A stretch of 17,248 bases of DNA from Candidatus Methylomirabilota bacterium (GTDB lineage: Bacteria; Methylomirabilota; Methylomirabilia; Methylomirabilales; 2-02-FULL-66-22), in NCBI GenBank assembly GCA_016209725.1, contig JACQVO010000121.1, positions 1 to 17,248 of the forward strand, written 5' to 3'. Shown here piece after piece: positions 1-7,569 of the stretch. Position 1 is the first letter of the stretch. Each line of letters opens with the position of its first letter. The position numbers and the translations under genes were made by a program. The notes beneath the pieces were generated by a model that was not told where the DNA came from, ran no database searches, and saw nothing but the letters and a program-made list of their open reading frames with translations.

Positions 1-3000
1 GTCCAGCATGTCTTCCCGGCGGACAACTGGTACTTCTGGCTCAAGGCGGCCGAGGACAAGCCGGACGAGATCATCACCGACCTGGAGGACGCCGTCGCGA
101 CTCCGCGGAAGGAGCTGGCCCGCGACATCTTCATCGCCGTCCTGAAGCTGTTCCTGGGGGAGATGCCGACCGAAGTGGAGACGGCGGCTCTGGGGAAAGC
201 CAACTCGCCCGAAGGAAGGGGACCGCAACTGCTGATCTTCATCGCCAAGATGAAAGCGGTCAAGGGCCTTCCCTTGACCGTGGCGGAGCAGGAGGCCCTC
301 CGGGAGGCGGAGGCGTCCCCTGACAAGAAGATTCAGGCGCTCCTGACCCAGATCGCACGGTGTCACACCCTGGAGGGCATCATCGTCACCCTCCGTATCA
401 ACAATCTGCACACCAAGTGGTCCGCCGGAGACCTCTGGCACGTGGTCAGGGCGGTGGGCAACCGCCTCGACCGGATCCTCCTTCCCAAGGTCGAGGGACC
501 GGAGGACATGATCCTGCTCCACCGCATCCTCTCCGCCATCGAGGCGGAGCAGGGCTGGCAGCCGAACGGTATCAAGACGGAGGCTCTCATCGAGTTACCC
601 AGCGCGGTGCGCCAGCTCGATGCCATTTCCCGGTCCACCCCCAGAATAGTCTGCAACATCTTCGGGATCGTGGACTGGACGGCGGCCACGGGCGGGCGGG
701 ACCAGGATCACCAGGCGACCTACGCCCTGTACGGAAGGCTCCGGACCGTCGAGGCTTCCGCCGCCGCCGGCCTGGAGTCTATTGACGGGATCACGCCCAG
801 CCTCCAGCGCCATCGAAGCTTCGTGGATGCCGGCAAGGCGGCCCGCCTCGGCTTCACGGGGAAGTGGAGCGTGAACCCCAACAACCTGGCGGGGAATCTG
901 GACTTCATGGACGGCCGCCGCCCGAGCCGGCGGGACCCCCGTGGGAAGCCCACACTCATCGCGCCGGGCACCTTCGCCCGGGTGTCACCCCGGACTGTCG
1001 CTCCGCCCGAGTACCCGCCCTTTCCCCTGGAAGAGCTGGCGCGATTCGCGCGGCAGAAGCGACCGCTGCTTCCCCCCCGGGTCCTCGAGCTCCGCGATGC
1101 GACCGTCCGCCGATCGGTCGTGCCCGTCGCGGCCGGCCGACCGGACGAGGTGGCTGCGGCTTTGGCCTCGAGCGCGGACGAGGTCATCGTGGATCTTTCC
1201 CCAGTGTGTGGCCCGCAGGGGGGGCCGGCCCGGGCGGCGCTCGTCGAGCGATTGGCAGCCGCGGAAACGGAGAAGACGCTCCTGGCCCTCCAGGCAGACC
1301 CCGGGATGTCCGACTGCTGGGAGGCTCTTGAGGACGTGGTGACGGGGCTCGGCACCCGCGTGGGTGCGTGCGTCCTGCCGGACGTGGACTCTCCGGTGGC
1401 CGTGCGGGTGCTGGACGCGCGCCTGACTGATCTCGAGACCCGCCTTGAGCTTCCCATTGGCCACGTCCGGATCGAGGGACGCATCCGGACGGAGGCAGCG
1501 CTGGACCAGGCGTACGATGTAGCGACGGCCAGCCGGAGGATGTCCGCCCTGATCTTCGACATTCCGATCGCGGAGCTGTTCCGGCAAGGTCGCCTCGCCG
1601 TGGCCGCCAAGACCCGATCCGTGCGGAAGGCAGAGTACCTGCTGAAGGGTCAACTCATCGTGGCCACGTCCGAGGCGGGCATTGACGCGGTGGACAGTCT
1701 CACGCGGCCGGGGAACAGGCTATCGCGCGAGGCGCTGGATGCAGCCAATCACGGGTTCTCGGGCAAGCTGGCCCGCCCCGGCGAGGTGGACGAGGTCAAT
1801 GCGCGGATGGTCCCCCCGCGGGCGTTCATCCACGACCTGATGCCCGTGATCCGGGACACCACCCCGGAGGCGGTTCGCGATGCCCTCTCTCCTGAGGCCA
1901 TCGGCGCCATGCTTCTCAGGCGCTATTCACGGGCATGGGTGGAGCCGTTCGTCAGGACTTGCGCACAGTTGGCCGAACCCTGCTGGAACGGCGCCAGGAG
2001 GATCGAAGAGTTTCCCGCGGTGCTGCGCGCCGAGCTGCTGCGACGGTGGTATCCGGCCTCCATTGAGCGGGCGCTCGAGCCCTTTGAGCTCTTTGCGGTG
2101 GCAGACCAGGACCGGGGTCTGGGCGCCGTGGCATACACCGATTCCTGGCGCGCCAATGCCATCGAGCTGGTGGATGCGGCCACGGCCCGCGTGTACGAGC
2201 ACATCATCCGGACCGCCTGGAAGGCCGGCCTCCTGACGCCGGAAGAGGAGCGGCGGTATCGTCAGGCTTTCGAGCGATTGCGCACGGCCCTCCTGGTGAA
2301 AGAGGCGGCGGGCCTCATGCCCGGCATGCGCCTCCCGGGGTACGCCGTCCCGATCGCCGATTGGATGGTGAAGGTGTTTGCGCAGGCCTCCGGCGACCGG
2401 AACTTGTACCATCTCGACGACGAGTTTGTCGCCCGGGAGTTCGGCCGGGGAGCGATCAAGTTTGACGGCCGGATCGCCCACGGCATCCTGACGCTCCTCG
2501 TCAGCCTGACGGGCCTCCATCGTGTCGCCCCCGGGTGCCGGATTCACAGCGTGGAAGAGGTCCGCTACAAGGCGCCGGTCCGGATCGGCGACGCCGTGAC
2601 CCCGGTATTCTCCGTGGTGGATGTCCACGATAGTCAAATCAGGCTGCGCGTCGAGGCGATCCGGCAGGATGGTCAGGTTGCCATGGAGGGCTCGGTGCTG
2701 GTGACGCCGCCAGCGACGTCGCGGCCGCCCGAGGACGGCACCCGCGTCCCGACAGCAGACCGAATCCGGGCGGCCCGGGAACGCAGTGCCGGCGTGGTGG
2801 CATTCCCCCGACACAAGGAAGCACCTGTCTTTGTCCTGGGGCGCACGGAACGCCAGGAGTTCCAGGCCCGGATCTCTCCGGAGGTGGCCGACGGATACTG
2901 GGCCCTCGTCGGGTCCGCCGGTCCGGCCGCGTGGAACCTGGCGGTCAGTCTCGGCATGATCGCCCACACCTCGGCCAACTTCGCCTCGCCAGGATGGATT

Positions 3001-3213
3001 CTGCTCTCCACAAAGTTGGGGGAACAGCAAGAGCCCATCCGAGAGGGCGACACCCTCACCTCCAGCGCCCAGCTCGAAGTCACGCGGGTCACCCGAGAGA
3101 GGCGCCCCATCTGCCGCATCGTCATGGACGTCCGGAACCAGCACGGCCGCCCGGTCTTCCGCGCCGAGGTCACCAAGCTCGGCCACCCCGGCCTGTGCCG
3201 CGAGCGCCCCTAG
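1..3213 (+). CDS. Multidomain acyl-CoA enzyme, 5'-partial: two CitE/HpcH-like (malyl/citramalyl/citryl-CoA lyase-type) TIM-barrel domains, a helical middle region, then two MaoC-like hotdog (enoyl-CoA hydratase) domains
   Basis: Frame 1 is open from nt 1 with no stop before the listed ATG at 163, so the gene runs off the left edge. The upstream part reads ...EIITDLEDAV, the CitE/HpcH signature. It is followed by RINNL..., LPKVEGPEDM, IELPSAV and GFTGKWSVNP, the strand/loop motifs of that family. A second, more degenerate copy has IVDLSP..., CVLPDVDSP, IEGRIRTEAA and GFSGKLARP. MaoC-type motif ASGDRNLYHLD...RIAHG starts near nt 2389. A second hotdog-like segment spans about 2830-3190. Stop TAG at 3211-3213. 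Confidence 0.7.
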   Translation, partial: VQHVFPADNWYFWLKAAEDKPDEIITDLEDAVATPRKELARDIFIAVLKLFLGEMPTEVETAALGKANSPEGRGPQLLIFIAKMKAVKGLPLTVAEQEALREAEASPDKKIQALLTQIARCHTLEGIIVTLRINNLHTKWSAGDLWHVVRAVGNRLDRILLPKVEGPEDMILLHRILSAIEAEQGWQPNGIKTEALIELPSAVRQLDAISRSTPRIVCNIFGIVDWTAATGGRDQDHQATYALYGRLRTVEASAAAGLESIDGITPSLQRHRSFVDAGKAARLGFTGKWSVNPNNLAGNLDFMDGRRPSRRDPRGKPTLIAPGTFARVSPRTVAPPEYPPFPLEELARFARQKRPLLPPRVLELRDATVRRSVVPVAAGRPDEVAAALASSADEVIVDLSPVCGPQGGPARAALVERLAAAETEKTLLALQADPGMSDCWEALEDVVTGLGTRVGACVLPDVDSPVAVRVLDARLTDLETRLELPIGHVRIEGRIRTEAALDQAYDVATASRRMSALIFDIPIAELFRQGRLAVAAKTRSVRKAEYLLKGQLIVATSEAGIDAVDSLTRPGNRLSREALDAANHGFSGKLARPGEVDEVNARMVPPRAFIHDLMPVIRDTTPEAVRDALSPEAIGAMLLRRYSRAWVEPFVRTCAQLAEPCWNGARRIEEFPAVLRAELLRRWYPASIERALEPFELFAVADQDRGLGAVAYTDSWRANAIELVDAATARVYEHIIRTAWKAGLLTPEEERRYRQAFERLRTALLVKEAAGLMPGMRLPGYAVPIADWMVKVFAQASGDRNLYHLDDEFVAREFGRGAIKFDGRIAHGILTLLVSLTGLHRVAPGCRIHSVEEVRYKAPVRIGDAVTPVFSVVDVHDSQIRLRVEAIRQDGQVAMEGSVLVTPPATSRPPEDGTRVPTADRIRAARERSAGVVAFPRHKEAPVFVLGRTERQEFQARISPEVADGYWALVGSAGPAAWNLAVSLGMIAHTSANFASPGWILLSTKLGEQQEPIREGDTLTSSAQLEVTRVTRERRPICRIVMDVRNQHGRPVFRAEVTKLGHPGLCRERP

Positions 3214-3271
3214 CCCCCGGATCCCCGCCCAACCGCCAACAGAGCAGTGGGGATGGAAAGAAGTGAAAAGT

Positions 3272-3299
3272 GGGGACGTTGTTTCTGAAATTGACTTAT
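3272..3299 (+). repeat. 28-nt repeat, copy 1 (left inverted repeat of the transposase unit)
   Basis: Direct reading: ggggacgttgtttctgaaattgacttat. Confidence 0.9.
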
Positions 3300-3351
3300 T
3301 CCTCGCTGCCGTGCTAGCCTCTCGAGTTGATCTACAGTGGAGGCTCATCCC

Positions 3352-4323
3352 ATGCCCCGTCAAGCGCGCCTCGATGCGCCCGGGACGCTCCACCACGTGA
3401 TCCTCCGCGGGCTGGAACGGGGGCGCATCGTCCGGGACGACACCGACCGGCACGCCTTCGTCACCCGCCTGGCAGAGGTCGTCCAGGCGACCGGGACCAC
3501 GGTGTATGCCTGGGCTCTTCTCCCGAATCATGCCCACCTGCTCCTCCGGAGCGGGAGGGCCGGCCTCCCGACCGTGATGCGGCGGCTGCTCACCGGCTAC
3601 GCCCTCACCTTCAACCGCCGCCACCGCCGGATCGGACACGTCTTCCAAAACCGCTACAAGTCCATCGTGGTGGAAGAGGACCCGTACTTTCGCGAACTGG
3701 TGCGCTACATTCACCTCAATCCCCTCCGCGCCGGCCTGGTGTCTGACCTCGTGGCGCTCGCGCGCTACCCCTGGAGTGGGCATGGCGGCCTGCTCGGCCG
3801 CGTCCCCCAGCCCTGGCTGGCGGCGCCGGCCGTCCTGCGCTGGTTCGGCAGAGCCGCCCGGCAAGCGCGGCAAGCCTACAGCCGGTATGTGGCCGAGGGG
3901 AGGGCGCTTGGCCGCCGCCCCGAGCTGGTCGGCGGGGGCTTGGTGCGCTCTGCGGGCGGCTGGGCCGTCGTGCAGGCCTGGCGCCGGCGGGGGGAGGCCG
4001 TCGCCGCAGACCCGCGGATCCTGGGGACAGGCGAGTTCGTCGAGCGCGTCGTGGCCGAGGCGGACCCGCGGCATCGCCCGGCACCCAGGGGCCGGCGGCC
4101 GGAGGCCATTGCCCGGGTATTCCGCACGGCCTGCAAGAAAACCGGGATTGAAGAGGGGGAGCTGCGGACCGGGAGCCGGCGCCGGGCAGTCGCCCGCCTG
4201 CGGGGCGTGGTAGCGAAGCGGCTTGTGACGACGCTTGGCCTTTCCCTGGCCGACGCCGCCCGGCAGCTCGGGGTCTCCACCTCGGCCATCTGCCGGGTGG
4301 TGGGGAAAGCCGGGGGACCATAA
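3352..4323 (+). CDS. HUH-Y1 (IS200-like / REP-associated tyrosine transposase-like) protein with C-terminal helix-turn-helix
   Basis: MPRQARLDAPGTLHHVILRG... N-terminus. HUH motif in LPNHAHLLL. Candidate catalytic Tyr in FQNRYKSIVV. YIHLNPLRAGLV is typical of this family. The C-terminal LGLSLADAARQLGVSTSAICRVV is HTH-like. ATG at 3352 is preferred over the GTG at 3337 because GGAGG (3339-3343) sits 8 nt upstream. Confidence 0.8.
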   Translation: MPRQARLDAPGTLHHVILRGLERGRIVRDDTDRHAFVTRLAEVVQATGTTVYAWALLPNHAHLLLRSGRAGLPTVMRRLLTGYALTFNRRHRRIGHVFQNRYKSIVVEEDPYFRELVRYIHLNPLRAGLVSDLVALARYPWSGHGGLLGRVPQPWLAAPAVLRWFGRAARQARQAYSRYVAEGRALGRRPELVGGGLVRSAGGWAVVQAWRRRGEAVAADPRILGTGEFVERVVAEADPRHRPAPRGRRPEAIARVFRTACKKTGIEEGELRTGSRRRAVARLRGVVAKRLVTTLGLSLADAARQLGVSTSAICRVVGKAGGP

Positions 4324-4347
4324 GTCAATTTCGGAAACAACGTCCCC
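4320..4347 (-). repeat. 28-nt repeat, copy 2 (right inverted repeat, inverted orientation)
   Basis: ataagtcaatttcggaaacaacgtcccc is the reverse complement of copy 1 with one mismatch. Confidence 0.9.
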
Positions 4348-4366
4348 TATCTTGTGGGATGGGCAG

Positions 4367-4894
4367 ATGGGTTCTGGCCAGGAACCGCCGCCGGCACTCA
4401 GGGAGTTCAAGCAGTTCCTCGAGTTCCTCCAGGGTCTGTGGGCCATGCTCGCCGGGGTCTCGGTCGTCTTCCCGCTGTCCAATACGCTCGCCCAGATCAT
4501 TCCGCTGGCCCAATGGACTGACGGCGGGTTTGCCTATCTGTCGCCTCCTGTGGTCACAGGCGTGACGACTCTCGCGTGTCTCTTCATCATCCTGTGGACC
4601 TTTGGGAAGCGCGAGGAGATGCGGAGCCACCGCACCTGGGACTCGCTTCCTCGGCAAGCAGGACGGTCCTTTGTGCTGGGGATAGCAGGGCTTGCCGTGT
4701 ACTTGGTGGGCCACTACACCGTGAAGGAGGATTTCTACTTCCGGGTGCTGGGATGGGGAAGCGACGATCTGCGGCGCATCGGCGGGGATCTGGTGTTATT
4801 GATGGCCTATGGCAGCTTCTTTGCCTTGGCGACGCGGGCCTTTCTTCTCCTGGGACTGCGGGAGTACTTGAGAGAGAGGGTTGAGGCCTCTTAG
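4367..4894 (+). CDS. Small integral membrane protein (about four predicted TM helices), function unknown
   Basis: Hydrophobic segments: LWAMLAGVSVVFPL, VVTGVTTLACLFIILWTF, SFVLGIAGLAVYLVGHY, LVLLMAYGSFFALATRAFLLLGL. The internal ATG at 4367 is chosen because the listed start at 4235 would overlap the transposase 3' end and the repeat. Third-codon positions are visibly less GC-biased than in neighbouring genes. Confidence 0.6.
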   Translation: MGSGQEPPPALREFKQFLEFLQGLWAMLAGVSVVFPLSNTLAQIIPLAQWTDGGFAYLSPPVVTGVTTLACLFIILWTFGKREEMRSHRTWDSLPRQAGRSFVLGIAGLAVYLVGHYTVKEDFYFRVLGWGSDDLRRIGGDLVLLMAYGSFFALATRAFLLLGLREYLRERVEAS

Positions 4895-4922
4895 GCTGCG
4901 GTGCGATCGGGGGCGCGATAGC

Positions 4923-4950
4923 GGGGACGTTGTTTCCGAAAATGACTCAT
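4923..4950 (+). repeat. 28-nt repeat, copy 3 (same orientation as copy 1)
   Basis: ggggacgttgtttccgaaaatgactcat has 3 mismatches to copy 1 and 2 mismatches to the reverse complement of copy 2. Confidence 0.85.
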
Positions 4951-5020
4951 GTCCCGCTGCCGTGCTGGCCGCGCGACGAGAATTTCAATGGAGGCCCGGC
5001 CGATGCCCTGCCAAGCGCGC
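4923..5020 (+). pseudogene. Decapitated second copy of the transposase unit (repeat, leader, SD, first about 6 codons only)
   Basis: After the 28-mer, the leader (cgctgccgtgct.gcc ... a.tggaggc.c..cc.ATGCCC..CAAGCGCGC) aligns collinearly with 3300-3369 of the intact copy. This includes the GGAGG and the start codon at 5003 (MPCQAR vs MPRQAR). Similarity ends at about 5020. Confidence 0.6.
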
Positions 5021-5125
5021 GGCCCATCAAGGGGCTGGAGCCGCGACGGCATCACCGTGCATGGGGGCCGGAGCCATCGCCTGGGGGAGGGCCCCTGCGC
5101 CGCAACATCGGCCGGGGCCAGAAAA

Positions 5126-5305
5126 CTACTCGTCCTCGATGAAGGACTTGAGCCGCTCGATCAACTCCGGTGTCACCTGGGTGATGCCGTGTTCCTTGGC
5201 GTGCTCCTGGGCGTTCTTCAGGACCTCTTCCACGGTGGCGCCGCGAACCGAGTGGGGACAGCCGCTCTGCGGGACGACCTTCTGGCAGTGAATGACCTTG
5301 CCCAT
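5126..5305 (-). CDS. DUF1059-family small protein
   Basis: MGKVIHCQKVVPQSGCPHSVRGATVEEVLKNAQEHAKEHGITQVTPELIERLKSFIEDE fits the DUF1059 pattern (C..x..C.h.v.g.t.eE....H....HG....tpEl). The internal ATG at 5305 is preceded by GAAGGAGGGG. The longer listed start at 5380 has no such signal. Confidence 0.7.
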   Translation of the reverse strand: MGKVIHCQKVVPQSGCPHSVRGATVEEVLKNAQEHAKEHGITQVTPELIERLKSFIEDE

Positions 5306-5405
5306 CGGACCCCTCCTTCTCAGGACGCCTGAGTCGAATTGTTGAGACAGTAAGGTATCCCCCTTGCTGGCGATCGTCAAGGCCGAGGTGGGGACGGACT
5401 CCGGC

Positions 5406-5433
5406 TTGACAGGCTCACGCCGCCCTTGATAAG
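5406..5433 (+). promoter_or_regulatory. Possible sigma70-type promoter for the epimerase gene
   Basis: Perfect TTGACA at 5406-5411, a 16-nt spacer, then GATAAG at 5428-5433. It lies in the divergent intergenic region about 60 nt upstream of the ATG at 5493. Motif match only. Confidence 0.25.
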
Positions 5434-5492
5434 GTCCAGGTCATCCCGCGTGTGCCGCACCGATTGAACAGACCAACAGCCCGGGTGGTCTG

Positions 5493-6320
5493 ATGTTTAC
5501 GCGCATCCACCATGTCGCCGTCGCGGTTCGCAGTATGGAGCAGGCGCTCCAGTTTTACCGCGATATGCTGGGCCTGCCTGTGGGGAAACGGGCCACGGTG
5601 GCGGACCAGGGGGTCCACGCGGCCCTGCTGCCCATGCAGGACGGCGAGATCGAGCTGTTGGAGCCGGCCGATCCGGCGGGGGGCGTGGCGCGCTTCCTGG
5701 AACGCAGGGGAGAAGGCCTCCACCACCTCTGCTTCGAGACCCCGGATGTCGCCGCCGCCCTGGCGTGGGCCAAATCCCTCGACCTGCCCCTGATCGACCA
5801 GGCGCCGCGCCCCGGCCTGGCTGGGATGATCGCCTTCCTGCACCCCAAGGCGAGCCACGGCGTTCTGGTGGAGATGGCCCAGCCGATCTCCCCGCCGAGC
5901 CACCCTAAAGCGGTGTCCGCCGGCATCGGTGCGGTGGGCTTCGAGACCGTGTACGTGGCGACCAAAGAGCTTGCCGGCGCGGCCGCCACGTTCGCCCGGA
6001 ACTTCCACGCCTCGGTGGGGACAGCCGGGGATGACCCCCACTTCGCCTCGAAGAACGTCGTGGTCTCGGTGGGGCACAGCCGGGTCACGTTGCTGGGTTC
6101 GACCGATCGCGTATCGCCAGTCGGGTGTTTCCTTGCGGACCGGGGCGAGGGATTGTTCGGCGTCTGCCTGCGGGTGGCGGATTTCACTGAGGCGGTCCGG
6201 TATCTGGAGGAGGCGGGCGTTCTGACCGAGATGCACGATCGGCACGCGACCAGGCCCCTGGCACGACTCGACCCCGCTCGGACCCACGGCGTCAACCTCT
6301 TCCTGTGCCCCCGCGCCTGA
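5493..6320 (+). CDS. mce: Methylmalonyl-CoA epimerase-like VOC (glyoxalase-fold) protein, double length (two VOC modules)
   Basis: The N-terminal half, IHHVAVAVRSMEQALQFY...GLP...QGVHAALLP...IELLEP...VARFLERRGEGLHHLCFETPD, matches the methylmalonyl-CoA epimerase pattern. The C-terminal half (VGFETVYVAT...GEGLFGVCLRVADF) looks like a second, diverged VOC module. Confidence 0.75.
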   Translation: MFTRIHHVAVAVRSMEQALQFYRDMLGLPVGKRATVADQGVHAALLPMQDGEIELLEPADPAGGVARFLERRGEGLHHLCFETPDVAAALAWAKSLDLPLIDQAPRPGLAGMIAFLHPKASHGVLVEMAQPISPPSHPKAVSAGIGAVGFETVYVATKELAGAAATFARNFHASVGTAGDDPHFASKNVVVSVGHSRVTLLGSTDRVSPVGCFLADRGEGLFGVCLRVADFTEAVRYLEEAGVLTEMHDRHATRPLARLDPARTHGVNLFLCPRA

Positions 6321-6456
6321 CGCATAACGCCCCGCACCTCCCCTGACGGATGCATCCGTCCCCGGGCGCGCCCTCCGCGGTCCGAGAGCCGGCGAGCATC
6401 CGCGCGGGACCCTGGTCTCCCGGATCCGTCACGTCCCAGCGCGGAAGGAGGTTGTC

Positions 6457-7569
6457 GTGGACACGCTGCTCCAGCAGATCCAGGCGTTCCTGTCGCTCCC
6501 CAGGGAGGCCCGGACGCGCCAAGGGCGCGAGGCGCTCCTCCAGGCCCTTGGGGTGCCCCAACCCTCCCGCTTCATCGAGGAGGTGTGGACCAGCCAGTGG
6601 GAGGCGGGGATCGATCGCCTGCTCGACCCCGCCAATACCCGGATCCGCCCCCTGGAGCCCACCGACTTTCACTTCAAGTGGGCCCTGGAAGCGTTCAACG
6701 GCCTGCCCGCCCCGGTCCGGGCGCGACTCTTCACCATGAAGATGGAGGCGAATGGTCTCCGGGGGCCGGTCCTGGCGCTGCTGGATGCGGCGGGCCTCTC
6801 CACGCACGCCTTCGAGGTTACGGATCTCGTGGCGCTTTCCAAGGTCCACGCCGAGGCGGCCGCCACCGTCCGCATCCACGACGGCCGCACCTGCCAGTGC
6901 GAGCTGTCTCACTTCGCCCCCGAGGCGGAGGCGCTGTACGCCGGCGCGGCGCGGCTTTTCCGCCTGCGCACCGCGACGACGTACATTCACCCCCTTCCGA
7001 CGGGCCGCCAGATCCTGCTGGAAGTCCCCTTGCACGGGATCCGTCTCGACGACGAGGACTTACCGCAAGAGGAGATGGGGCGCCTTTGGCCGTTGGCCAT
7101 CCGGGGTGTGGCGCGTCACGACGCGCTGGGCGACGTCCTGGGGACCATCCTGCGCGATCCGCACCACATCCTGACCGGGTCAGGCGAGGTCGTCTCGATT
7201 CACAACTACGAGCTGTTTCACGACATCGGCGGATTCCGCTTCGGGTTCGTCGAGCCGATCTTTCTCTCCCTGTGGCGGAGACTGCGCGGGCCGGATCGCG
7301 GCGAGGAGCGTGCCCCCCTCCGCCGGATGTTCGAGGAGTATCGCAGGGCCTATGTCGAGAAGCGGCAGGAGATTCAAGTACGCTGGAGCGAGCTGGAGGC
7401 GTATCTGACGGCGCACGGGCAGGCGATCCGGGAATACTTGAAGGGGCAGCAGGACTGGTCGGAAGTGGTGGCTGCCGTCCGGGAACGGGCATTCCGCGAT
7501 CCCGCCCAGTGGGTCCGGACGCTGTTGGAACCGTACCGGGAATCCTACCCGGACCTCCCCGAGGTTTGA
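6457..7569 (+). CDS. Hypothetical soluble protein, 370 aa, no family recognised
   Basis: GTG start at 6457 is preceded by GGAAGGAGG (6443-6451). Amino-acid composition is balanced, unlike the Arg/Pro/Gly-rich overlapping frames. No TM segments and no motif I can name. Confidence 0.6.
   Translation: MDTLLQQIQAFLSLPREARTRQGREALLQALGVPQPSRFIEEVWTSQWEAGIDRLLDPANTRIRPLEPTDFHFKWALEAFNGLPAPVRARLFTMKMEANGLRGPVLALLDAAGLSTHAFEVTDLVALSKVHAEAAATVRIHDGRTCQCELSHFAPEAEALYAGAARLFRLRTATTYIHPLPTGRQILLEVPLHGIRLDDEDLPQEEMGRLWPLAIRGVARHDALGDVLGTILRDPHHILTGSGEVVSIHNYELFHDIGGFRFGFVEPIFLSLWRRLRGPDRGEERAPLRRMFEEYRRAYVEKRQEIQVRWSELEAYLTAHGQAIREYLKGQQDWSEVVAAVRERAFRDPAQWVRTLLEPYRESYPDLPEV

Larger units (their letters stand above)
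3272..4347 (+). mobile_element. IS200/RAYT-type element: one HUH-Y1 transposase gene bracketed by 28-nt terminal inverted repeats
   Basis: GGGGACGTTGTTTCTGAAATTGACTTAT at 3272-3299. Its reverse complement at 4320-4347 differs at one position (27/28 match). The pair encloses only the transposase ORF, and the right repeat overlaps the TAA stop. Confidence 0.65.

Noticed and set aside
3247-4363. Similar short motifs just outside the transposase unit (gtggggatgg at 3247-3256, gtgggatggg at 4354-4363) as a target-site duplication
   Set aside because: They are imperfect, lie at different distances from the repeat ends (16 nt vs 7 nt), and are G-rich strings easily found by chance in this DNA. IS200-type elements do not make target duplications.
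4235-4366. Upstream extension of the membrane-protein ORF to the start at 4235
   Set aside because: It would overlap the transposase 3' end and translate the inverted repeat. The extension is Pro/Gly/Ser-rich. The ATG at 4367 lies just outside the repeat.
1927-4500. 857-aa minus-strand ORF spanning the 3' end of the fusion gene and the whole transposase gene
   Set aside because: It has Arg/Pro/Gly/Ala-rich low-complexity composition typical of antisense frames in GC-rich DNA. It runs across an intergenic region and two well-supported plus-strand genes and has no recognisable motif.
3272-4950. The three 28-nt repeats as a CRISPR array
   Set aside because: There are only three copies and one is inverted. 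The spacers are about 1.0 and 0.6 kb and contain protein genes. No cas genes are present.
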